Origin: Octopus sinensis
Lineage: Eukaryota
Assembly: GCF_006345805.1 (NCBI RefSeq)
Contig: NC_043005.1
Location: 13,330,001-13,394,000 of the forward strand
DNA: 64,000 nt
Direction: 5' to 3'
How positions within the stretch are numbered: the stretch's first letter is position 1; every line of letters starts with the position of its first letter. The position numbers were made by a program, and so were the translations under genes. The notes beneath the pieces are model-generated. The model made no database searches, was not told the origin of the DNA, and was given only the letters and a program-made list of their open reading frames with translations. Below are positions 11,791 to 22,876 of this stretch, piece after piece.

Positions 11791-12739
11791 GTGTTGTTGA
11801 TATTGATTGCTTGATATTTGTTGTTGATACAGTAGCGTCATCAGATAGAAATCGTATAAGACTGGTGGTTTACAGGATGTTGGTGACGCCTTGTTGTCTA
11901 GGAAATAGAATGAGAACTGCTAGCGATACCAGTTGCCGGTGTGCCGGTGTGCGTGAGTATACCCGCTGCATCGGGTGCATATACGTGTGTCTGCTCTGTT
12001 TGTTTGTTTGTGTGTGTGCGTAATGTGTTTGGAGTGTGTGAGCTAACGGTATCGGCTTGCTGGTGCGTATGTAATTGCACATTCTCCACCAACCTGCAAT
12101 ATCCATCAACAGGAAAAGGGAATTGTCTTATTGTTGCTACCAGAGCTACACCCACCGGGTGACCTTCGAAGCAACTGACTGAAAGCAAACCCAAATATGC
12201 CACCGAGGGCAGGGTGATTAATTTCCGCTGCTTTCACAGACTACGGACCGATCCATCTAGACATTCCACACTTATCTATTTACTGTTTATCTTCGACGGT
12301 TGACTTTATATGTGTGTGCGTGCCGACATACATGTATATCTATGTATATGTGTATATATGATTTTCTTTCTTTCTTCCTGTTTCTCTGTCTTTCTTCCTT
12401 TGTTTGTTTGTTTGTTTCTTTCATTCATTCATTCATTCATTCATTCTTTCTTTCTTTCTTTCCTTCTTTCTTCGTTCTCTCTTTCTTTCCCAAGCAATCC
12501 AAATGTTAATCCACCGCGTGGCACCATTTACAGCACGCCAACACATCAGTACACACACACACCAGTCCCATGAGCACACAACAGACGTACTCTTACACGT
12601 AAATACCAGAGGTTGAATGGAACTGAAACAAGCTGTTATTAAATAAATGTAACTCCTTCCGAATATGCTGATTGCCACTTCCTTTCATTTGTTCCTTCCC
12701 TCATATATATATATATATATTATATATATATATATATAT

Positions 12740-12925
12740 ATAAAGTTAATCCAAACAAGAAAACAAAAAAAAAACACAACAACGCAAGGACGTGGAACAA
12801 ATAAAGTATTATTGGACGCTCAGGAAAGAAGGGAAGAAGGAGCCCTTCGTCGGAAACATAGGAGAAGGAAAGATCCCGAGAAGGGAAGAAAGAGGAAAAA
12901 AAATCGCCGGTGGTACTCACGAGGT
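12740..12925 (-). mobile_element. Short hammerhead-family repeat, copy with ribozyme partly deleted (sibling of 27900-28100)
   Basis: Aligns to 27900-28100 but lacks ~20 bp (ggtttgacgtttcgagcgg); flanked by (TA)n. Confidence 0.75.
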
Positions 12926-12938
12926 CACATACTGAAAA

Positions 12939-12997
<59 letters not shown>

Positions 12998-13004
12998 TAA
13001 ATGG

Positions 13005-13940
13005 AATTTAATGCAGGTATAATTCAAATACTTTTACTTCCGACACATGTTTCGAAGATTTCACTGATATTATTCCAAAGGAATAACTGGTGTAAAACAA
13101 TGTAATCTTTTCAGGGAAGTGAAGAAATGAAACTCGTCAATAAGACATTTTAACAGAAAATGATGGATATGTATAGTGATTTACTGAAAGCTAGTAATAT
13201 TCTTTGAAAAAACGTTATATGATATAACCTCAGAAGTAGCCTATAGAAAGAGGAAGGATATTTTTTTAGTGAATGTTAAATATAAAAAGAAAATTAATGT
13301 TTAAATTATATATAATCATAGAGATTACTTATATGAAATAAAGGTGTGTTTTTGCCAATGGTTACATCGGTATGCACGCTCTATAACCGTGTTTACTAGG
13401 GGATTTATAGAAAAAATAATGAAAAATAGTTCAGAATTACAGAGGAGACAGAATTCCTTGCCTTTGTCATAAGGTATCGAGATTGAGAGAATCAACCATT
13501 CTAAATTAAATTGTTCATTGTGGTGTTTTAGATCCCAAATTAATTTACTGAGCCCTGTACTGTTACGTTTTTTCCTATCCCTAAATGTTGAGTAATGGAT
13601 AGAAATTCTTTTAGATAATTGTAACGACGTACTTCCAATGTAAAATCGTACTTTATTATGAGTACTGATTTTACACTGGTATATAGAATTTTTAATTTTA
13701 GAGTTACTTGACATAAACTTAATTCTGTTGGAATTGACTTCAGATACAATAACCTCCACATCATTAAATTATATATCCAACGTTTGTCAAGGATATAAAA
13801 AAGACCAAAAGATGTCAAAACTTTTCAAAGAACACAACAAAATTCAAACTCAGTGCACACAGTATAGTTTCATTCACTTGCTTAATAGAATTGGATTTCA
13901 AATAATCTCCCTTGTTTGTTTTGACAAAAAATATTAAATT
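13005..13940 (-). mobile_element. Penelope-like element 3' fragment: GIY-YIG endonuclease C-terminal region plus pLTR-like 3' segment
   Basis: ORF 13325-13759 has IYQC..FYIGST..KRI..HYSTFR..STGLSKLIWDLK..EW.I..Y..C.LC.SE..LVN..C.H.QK, the PLE endonuclease pattern. Hammerhead-like motif downstream; second copy at ~53815-54310. Confidence 0.8.
13037..13119 (-). ncRNA. Type I hammerhead ribozyme motif, damaged core (CUGAAAA), in PLE 3' region
   Basis: Helix I CUUCC/GGAAG; helix II GAUU..AAUC with inner hairpin UUAUUCC/GGAAUAA; GAAA-CAUGUG-UC cleavage site; palindromic ACAUGU. Confidence 0.65.
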
Positions 13941-13941
13941 T

Positions 13942-14242
13942 ATAACATAAGGGACTAAAGCCATCTGAATATGGCTAGGGACAGGGCAGGGTGGTGGGGG
14001 TGTTACTGTTGCATTTAGCCCCAGGCGAACATCGACGTCGCCAGATAGGCTTGACACCATCACAGTGTCCTTTAACCTGCAAAGGGAGATAATTCCCCGA
14101 TGAAGCGGAAACCACACACGGAGATGGTGTCAAGCCTATCTGGCGACGTCGATGTTCGCCTGGGGCTAAATGCAACAGTAACACCCCCACCACCCTGCCC
14201 TGTCCCTAGCCATATTCAGATGGCTTTAGTCCCTTATGTTAT
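13942..14242. repeat. Perfect 120-bp inverted repeat (13942-14061 / 14123-14242) with 61-bp spacer
   Basis: Base-by-base comparison of the arms shows no mismatch; the ORF track shows the same peptide on both strands. Confidence 0.9.
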
Positions 14243-14467
14243 CGAGCAGTTACTGTCTATATCTCTTTTAGAGAATTATTATTGCATTAAATTTATAGTT
14301 ATGTCGTTTCTATTCAATATTTTTCTTGATCTTATATTTAAAATGTTAGCCTATCTTAAATTCAATAAGAATATAGTATTATTTGTTTTTTATTGTATAG
14401 ATTGCCGTAAAATTACAGCTGAAAGTTCTTGGCTGCACGTCTTAGATGTCGAAACTACTGCAGGCAC

Positions 14468-14880
14468 ATACATACATACATACATACATACATACATACA
14501 TACATACATACATACATACATACATACATACATGCATACATACATACATACATACGTATACACACATACATGCATATACACATACATACATATACACACA
14601 TACATAATACTTATACACACATACATATACACACACATACATACATGCATGCATACGCACATACATACATACACATACATACATACATACATACATACAC
14701 ACACGCATACTTTCATGTGCGCGCGTGCATAATTATTTTCTACGTGTTTATGTAGATGCACGCAACAATGTGCGTGCATATATTCATTTAATCTAAGAAT
14801 CTGAACGTGTGTATGTATGCATATATGCATGCATGCATGCATGTATGTATGTATGTATGTAGACAAATAAATATGCATAT
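14468..14880. repeat. (CATA)n / (TATG)n compound microsatellite
   Basis: Direct reading. Confidence 0.95.
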
Positions 14881-15679
14881 ATGTATATATGTATATAGAT
14901 ATATACTTTGCAGAAACCAACAACACGAACGCAAACAAAAATAATTTAGGACTCAATGAAACGAATTGGCTTTAGGTGACGATCGAAACCGATTCGTGGA
15001 TGTTGCATATATCAAGCTTACATCTTGTTATAAAGTATTCGCTTCTATCTGATATCGCACCATGGAATTTTCCGTTCTGTTCAACAGCTTCAAGTATTTG
15101 GCCCATGTCATTTTTCACATCACGCACGACCGAATTTAAACGAAATTCTCTTTGTCCTCATAACACAATTGTTAGAAGTGTATTGACAACATAGATAATC
15201 CCCTTACCACCACCACCACCACCACCACCATCGAACCATTTATCAGTCACTTCTGAAAGTTTCTTTCTAATCTTTGACATATTAACCTCCTCCTCATCTA
15301 CCTCCTCCTCCTCCTCCTCCTCGCCCAATCTTGAAGTAGTGTGTTGTTGACGCTATTTCTAAAACTGATGCTGAAATATATAGTACTGAAACCTGTTCAT
15401 CACTTGATACTTGTCTTTCTGAACTTCCAAATAATTATTCTGGCCGCCATTTTATCTCCTTCAAATTCTCAATATGTATTCAGTTGTATGGAATATCACA
15501 CCGTTCGCAGCTACGGCTTTATAAAATGTCCAACTTTAACCTTTTCTTACTACGTTATACACAACAGCTCCTTAACACTATAAAGCTTTGACAAAAATTG
15601 CTTTATAAATTGTTCATATAACAGTGCTTCTTACAGAATATAAACATTGCTGCGAAATGTTTTAATTGTAACTGAATAT

Positions 15680-16030
15680 TATTTTCTACTCTGGGCACAA
15701 GGCCCGAAAGTTTTGGGGAAGAGGCCAGTCGATTACATCGACCCCAGTACGCAACTGGTAATTAATTTATCGACCCCGAAAGGATGAAAGGCAAAGTCAA
15801 CCTCGGTGGTATTTGAACTCAGAACATAAAGACAGACGAAATACCTATTTCGTTATTACCCACAAGGGGCTAAACTCAGAGGGGACAAACAAGGACAGAC
15901 AAACGAATTAAGTCGATTATATCGACCCCAGTGCGCAACTAGTACTTATTTAATCGACCCTGAAAGGATGAAAGGCAAAGTTGACCTCGGCGGAATTTGA
16001 ACTCAGAACGTAAAGACAGACGAAATACTT
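15680..16030 (-). mobile_element. Family A heterodimer type-b/type-a, junction 15844/15845; the 5'-most monomer is also truncated at GTATTTC
   Basis: gacgaaatac|ctatttcgtt, and the array ends at gacgaaatac-ttataac. Confidence 0.85.
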
Positions 16031-16193
16031 ATAACTGAATATTATTTTATTGTTTAACTATTCCCAGTCATTGGATTGCGATTATGCAGTGGCACATAGT
16101 TCATGGGTTTATTCCATACTTGATTTTTCGACTTCGAAAGGAAGAATGGCAAAAGGTGTCTCAAACTGTAAATGGACCACAAACATATGTATG

Positions 16194-16227
<34 letters not shown>

Positions 16228-16471
16228 TGTATGTATGTATGTATGTATGTATTATGTATGTATGCATGCATGTATGTATGTATGTATGTATGTATGTATG
16301 TATGTTATTTCTTTTCTTTTTTTTTTAAAGGAAAGAAAATCCACTGAGAGTGAAGGACCCCAAGCTGTATCCTTCTAAAAGTGGGAAACTTTGAAATAAA
16401 ACCTGCGGTTGATGTGATTATTGGTCATCTGGTTTAGGCTTGTCACCAAACAATAATCACTGAAACTTAAA

Positions 16472-16905
16472 GGCGCAGGAGTGGCTGTGTGGTAAGTAGC
16501 TTGCTGACCAACCACATGATTCCGGGTTCAGTCCCACTGCGTGGCATCTTGGGCAAGTGCCTTCTGCTATAGCCCCGGGCCGACCAATGCCTTGTGAGTG
16601 GATTTGGTAGACGGAAACTGAAAGAAGCCTGTCGTTTATATGTATATATATATATGTGTGTGTGTATGTGTTTGTGTTTGTATGTGTTTGTGTGTCTGTG
16701 TTTGTCCCCCAACATCGCTTGACAACCGATGCTGGTGTGTTTACATCCCCGTCACTTAGTGGTTCGGCGAAAGAGACCGATAGAATAAGTACTGGGCTTA
16801 CAAAGAATAAGTCCCGGTGTCGATTTGCTCGATTAAAGGCGGTGCTCCAGCATGGCCGCAGTCAAATGACTGAAACAAGTATAAGAGTAAAAGAGTAAAA
16901 GAGTG
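16472..16905 (+). mobile_element. Family B SINE
   Basis: Full head to AAGAGTAAAAGAGTAAAAGAGT tail. Confidence 0.9.
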
Positions 16906-17099
16906 GTGCTTTTGAAGTACAACCATTTGCCACTGTAATCCAGTGATGTACTGATGTCTCTTTTACGTTCTTCTCATCTATCATTTTTACAGATGAAAGT
17001 CTTATGGCGATGGAGGAGTGGTTACGTGTGCAGACCTGACCAGTTGGAAACAGATAGCTGCAAATCTGCACTTAGGCGGCAGGAGTTTTATCATAACAT

Positions 17100-20000
17100 T
17101 ATTGTTACGTCTTCCTGTGACAGAGGATAACTCCGGTTAAGGCGACTGTGTCTGAGCAGCCCTATTAAGGAGAGCACTGCTCACCCAAAATCGTGGGAAG
17201 GTGCTAGAAATGGTGCACCAAAAATTGCCTGTCACATCAACGTTGGGTAGTTTACTGCGGCTATCAGCGGTTCATTGAAGCAGGAAAGACAAAAATGAGT
17301 CACAAAGCAAAACATTTATGAAAACATGAATTAAAATAAATATTTGCTGCCGGAATATCAGAACTTTTCTGGGCCAAAGCTCATCAAACCGACCAGAAAG
17401 AAGAACCGTACTGGCAACAGAATAACTTCAAAGATTAGGTATAGATATTGTAACCTTGTCAGAAACACGCCTATCAGGGTGTGATCAGCTGACTGAAGCA
17501 TTATCAGGTTTCACACTTTTCTGGACAGGGAAACCAAAAGGAGAACGGCGAGATGGTGGTGTAAGTATTGCAGTGCGTGAAACTCTAGCACAACATTTAG
17601 AGTGCTTCTCTAGAATCACTGACCGTATAATGAAGTTGCGCATTCCACTTGCAGGTGGACGTTTTGCAATAATTCTGTCAGTTTAAGCTCCAGCTTTCAA
17701 GGTATGTGAGGAAAGTACTATGACATTCTATGAATCCTTTTGTGCCACAATTTTATCTAGTGCAGTCAAAGAAAAGTTATCATACTTGGTGATTCCAATG
17801 CCCGAGTCGGCAGAGACCATGAGGCATGGAATGCATTAAGCTGTTACAGCATCGGTAAGATGAATGCCAATGGTCTGAAGCTACTTAAGTTACGTTCAGG
17901 GCTCGACCTAGCAATTTGCAACTCATTCTTCCGCCAAAAATAGAAGCATAAAGTTACCTGGATATACCCAACGTCAAAAGATGGCTACATAACAGATTTC
18001 ATAGTAACCTGGAGATGCAATCGGAATGATGTCCGCAACGTGCGTGTCATGCGTAATGCAGAAGGCAACACAGACCATAAGATTGTTTGGGGGAAATTTA
18101 AGTTAGTTACGTATTCGGAAAAAAATCTCGTATGTGTGGGATCAAAACTCTGAAGCGTTGGAAAGTTAAAACAGCAAGATATACTTAGGGCTTTGAATAA
18201 ACGTTTGAATGATATTGACTTCGATGGAACGTGGATAAACTTCAGGGATCAATTGTACACTGCAGGGACAGAAGAACTTGGATTTAGGACAAAAAAAAAA
18301 GCAACAACATAAAGATTAGTTTGATGATAATAATCTCGTTATCAGCCAACTTTTAAAGAATAAACATGTTCTTCATGAAAAGCTTCTGGGAGAGTGCTCG
18401 ACGAATTTAACTACTATTAAAAAGACATATCAATAATATGAAGCCATCTTACAACGTGAGCTGAGAAGGCTTAAAAATAAGTGGTGGTTGAAGATCTCTG
18501 AAGATAATCAAACTGCTTTTTACGCAAAGGATTTAAAACTGTTCTATAGTCTTTTTCGTCTTTTGGGTCCAAAGACAGCGCCGCCGTCATCAAGGAGTCA
18601 GAGAAAATCTTTAAACGTTGGCAAGAACATTTCACTGGTTTATTTGACAATCCATCATCAGTTGATTATGATGTGCAAGATGGCATCACTCAATGTGTTG
18701 CAAATTTCAGAATGGATCGATTACCAAATTATAATGATTTTAAAATGGCCATTAACCAGTTAAACACAGGTAAGGTACCTGGATGAGATGGAATCCCTGT
18801 GGAACTGTTAAAGGTTCATAACAAGAATATAACACACACAATACTTCACCTCATCACAGAGTACTGGGATGGAGCTCCCGTACTACAGGGTTGGACAGAT
18901 GGTATATTGGTGACCTTGTCTAAAGGCAATGGGGAATCTGCGATCACAACCACGGCATCACTCTGTGCAAAATTCTTGCTAGATAATTGTTGAACATTTG
19001 GCCTACAGTAATCCCTGAATCAGAAAGTGGCTTTAGATCTGGCAGAAAGACGATTGATATGATCTTCTCAGCAAGGCAAATTCAGGAGAAATGTATTGAA
19101 CAACAGGTTCTGCTGTGTCAGGTCGATCTAACAAAGGCCTTTGATACAGTGAACAGAGGTACACTAAGGAAAATATTAGGGAAAATAGGGTGCCCACCAA
19201 AGTTTACTGATATGACCGTTCGACTGCAGAGAAATATGAAGGCTCGGAGTGTCTTGAATGGAAAATTGTCCAATGAAATCCCAGTTGATAACGGCGTGAA
19301 GCAGGGAGATATCCTGGCTCCCACACTGTTCTCAGTATTTTTTGTTGTGACGCTGACTCATGCATCCCAGGACTGTTCAAAGGGTATTCTATTGCAAATT
19401 AGAACTACAGGAAGGATCTTTGACCTATGAAGGTTCGATTTCAAATCCAAGGTGTTCCATATATTAATTAGAGAACTCTTGTATTCAGACGATGTTGATT
19501 TTTTTTGGCTCACTCTCAGGATGACGTGTAACACATGGATTCTTTTGCAGTATCTTGCAATGCCTTTGGCATGGAAATTTATTTAAAAAAGACCGAGGTA
19601 ATGTAGGCGTTGGAAAACTTGAATGTGGGCAGATCATGTCATCAATATCAAGACCAAGATTAGTGTGTACAAGGCCTGCATTCTAAATTCTCTGTTGTAT
19701 ACTTCGGAAACATGGACAGTACATCGTAAGCACCTTAACTTTCTTGAACACTTTAACCAAAAGTGTTTAAGAAGAATCCTAAACATCAAATGGCAACAGA
19801 AAATACCTGACACACAAATCCTTAGAGATACTGGCTGCACGAGCATTGAATCTACCATCGTATCTTCTCAAATGCGTTGGGTAGGCCATGTTGTGTGCAT
19901 GAATGAGGATAGACTCCCAAAACAACTATTTTACAGTTAATTGCACACTGGGAAACGCCCTCCGCACAAACCAAGAAAAAGATACAAAGATTGCATAAAA

Positions 20001-20560
20001 ACAACGTTAAAAAACCTTCAGCTTCAAGATCAGAACTGAGAAGTGCTTGCCTCGAAGAGAGGTAAATGGAGAGGATAATTGAAGGAAGGCTACAAAATGT
20101 TTGAAGAGAGACATCTTGATTACGAAAAAATTAAACGCCAGCTTCCAAAAGGCCAGTGTATGAACATCAATAAGAACACAGGGAACTGGATTTGTGAAGT
20201 GTGTGGTCGTTTACTGCTCTCTAAATCTGGGTACATCACTCAGTTAAAATCCCACAAAAAGCCAACTGTATGCAGCTCTATTCCCCCGAAGCTGTGTGAG
20301 ACAATATGTGTGGTGTGCAAAAAGATCAGTAAATCAATACTTGGTCTTAAAAGGCATACAGCGGGTACATAAGGATGACATATCACAAGTTGACCCAATA
20401 AATCCAACAGAGGGCACATCTTTTGTCTGTCACATTTGCTGCAGACCGTGCAAAACTAATGCTGGACTTAAAAGCCACCTAAGGACGTTTGGAGCTGATG
20501 ATGGTTGATAGGGGTACATGGGGATACGGCAATCATCTGCAAAGATGAAGCAATCACAAT
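17100..20560 (+). mobile_element. Near full-length degraded RTE-clade LINE (APE + RT + C-terminal C2H2-like zinc fingers)
   Basis: APE: LSETRL..GFTLFWTGKP..RDGGVSIAV..DRIMKLR. RT: ESESGFRSGRKTIDMIF..VDLTKAFDTVNR..GVKQGDILAPTLFS. TKISVYKACILNSLLYTSETW..QMRWVGHV..RLPKQLFY. C-terminal CxxC..H motifs. Many stops and frameshifts; ends in (TGTA)n. Confidence 0.9.
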
Positions 20561-20611
20561 GTATGTATGTATGTATGTATGTATGTATGTATGTATGTAT
20601 GTATGTATGTA

Positions 20612-21071
20612 GGCGGCGAGCTGGCAGAGCTGGCAGAAACGTTATGTAGGCGGCGAGCGGCGAGCTGGCAGAATCGTTAGCACGCCGGGTGAAATGCTTT
20701 GTGGTATTTCGTTTGCCGTCACGTTCTGAGTTCAAATTCCGCCGAGGTCGACTTTGCCTTTCATCCTTTCGGGGTCGATAAATTAAGTACCACTTACTCA
20801 CTGGGGTCGATATAATCGACTTAATCCGTTTGTCTGTCCTTGTTTGTCCTCTCTGTGTTTAGCCCCTTGTGGATAGTAAAGAAATAGGTATTTCGTCTGT
20901 CGCTACGTTCTGAGTTAAAATTCCGCCGAAGTCGACTTTGCCTTTCATCCTTTCGGGGTCGATAAATAAAGTACCAGTTACGCACTGGGGTCGATATAAT
21001 CGACTTAATACCTATGTTTGTCCATGTTTGTCCCCTCTATGTTTAGCCCCTAGTGGGTAATAAAGAAATAG
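20612..21071 (+). mobile_element. Family A dimer with stuttered 5' head, junction 20887/20888, inserted in (GTAT)n
   Basis: ggcggcgagctggcagagctggcagaaacgttatgtaggcggcgagcggcgagctggcag...; gaaatag|gtatttcg; terminal gaaatag followed by gtatgtat. Confidence 0.85.
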
Positions 21072-21110
21072 GTATGTATATATATGTATATGTATATATA
21101 TATGTATATA

Positions 21111-21154
<44 letters not shown>

Positions 21155-21522
21155 TATATTATCGATACGATATTTTACATATGTTCGTTGAAGAAATATA
21201 TCGACGAGAGTGAAGAAACTATCAAAAATAGTCTCTTCAAGACTAAGGGTTTTGTATAATACAAAGGGAGGTAATTAACAGTGCTTCAGCGCGATGTTTA
21301 CTGTTGCTATATTCGATGGAAGAGAGTTTTGATGTGTTGCTTTGTTGTATCGTGGTTAAAATGTATCCGAGAGAGATAAGTAGTTCGATTCCCATAAGTG
21401 GCTTTGGAAATGGACTCAAATCTTAACCCCCACCACATATATATTCATCGATGTGTACAGTATTATATATGCATTACAACTGATCTTACCAATCGGTTTC
21501 GCACTAGGGGATCAACGGTGTA

Positions 21523-21728
21523 TTAGGTAACTATCCGATTATGTAATCCTGCGCTCTTCAGAGATAGCCGTTATAGAATGAAATATGGTGACTCGTGTGT
21601 ATACACAGACACACACATACACACACACACGCACACACACACATATATATATATACGAGTCACCATATTTCATTCCAAAACGGTTACCTGTGAAAAACAC
21701 ACGGTTACATAATCGGACAGTTACCTAA
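21523..21728. mobile_element. Tc1/mariner-type MITE (~206 bp): ~76-bp inverted arms around a (CA)n(TA)n core, TA TSD
   Basis: TA|TTAGGTAACTATCCGATTATGTAA...GAATGAAATATGGTGACTCGT versus the reverse complement of ACGAGTCACCATATTTCATTCC...TTACATAATCGGACAGTTACCTAA|TA. Confidence 0.75.
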
Positions 21729-21948
21729 TACATATTCACATACATATACATATATATACGTATATATACACACATATATATATATACATGTATATATATA
21801 CACATATATATATATATACATATATATATAGACACACAAACATATATACATACATACATATATATATGTATAAATATATACATATATACACATACATATA
21901 TACACACATACATACACACACACACCCTATATATATAGATCTATATCT

Positions 21949-21986
<38 letters not shown>

Positions 21987-22509
21987 ACTATATATATATA
22001 TATATATGTATGTCTGTTGTGTGTATATATTTACTGATACATATATGGAACGCGTGTAGCAGTACATGTAGTGCCATGTGTATGGATTTAAGTAGATATT
22101 TATATACCAGTGTCTATCAATTTTTCACTCCCAATTCTTAGTAGCAGACACAAAGAGCCCAGATGACTCGTTTCAGAATCGAACGTGTTATCACGTAATT
22201 GTAAAGCAACCTTCTTAGCGACTCAGCCATCGTAAGTGGCGAAAGAAAAGAAAAATGCCCACAAAATCTAAAACCGAATTCATTGTCATGTAATATTTTC
22301 CAGCATTACAATAGGTGGGTTGAGGTATAGTTATTGATTAGCACGAAACACACCTGTTTATCAAACGATATCAGCAAGGGAAGAAGATATAAAACAGAGC
22401 AGCACGGTAATTCGTTGAAAGAAAAACATTAAGATACCTTCAGATAATAAAACTTGTTAACACAGGTCAGTACATATGTACTTGAATAGATACCGAACAT
22501 AAATAATGC

Positions 22510-22876
22510 TTTCAAATTTTGCCACAAGGGCAGTTATTTTTGGGGAGGGAATAAGTCGATTTCACTGGTACTTTATTTATCGACCCCCGAAAGGATGAGA
22601 GGTGAAGTCAACCTCGGCGGAATTTGAACTCAGAACGTAGCTACGGACGAAATACTTATTTCTTTAGGGTTTAAACACAGAGTGGACAAACGAGGACAGA
22701 CAAACGGATTAAGTCGATTATGTCGACCCCAGTGCGTAACTGATTCTTATTTAATGGACCCCGAAAGGATGAAAGGCAAAGTCGACCTCGGCGGAATTTG
22801 AACTCAGAACGTAACGCAGACGAAGTACCGCTAAGCATTTCGCCCGGAATGATAACGCTTCTGCCAGCTCGCCGCC
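22510..22876 (-). mobile_element. Family A heterodimer, junction ~22655
   Basis: ggacgaaatac|ttatttcttt; full head ending at 22876. Confidence 0.8.

Noticed and set aside
13975-14122. HDV-like ribozyme in the arm and spacer of the perfect inverted repeat
   Set aside because: A 7-bp GGCUAGG/UUUAGCC pairing and a GCGGAA segment are suggestive, but a consistent P1/P1.1/P2/P3/P4 topology could not be built by eye.
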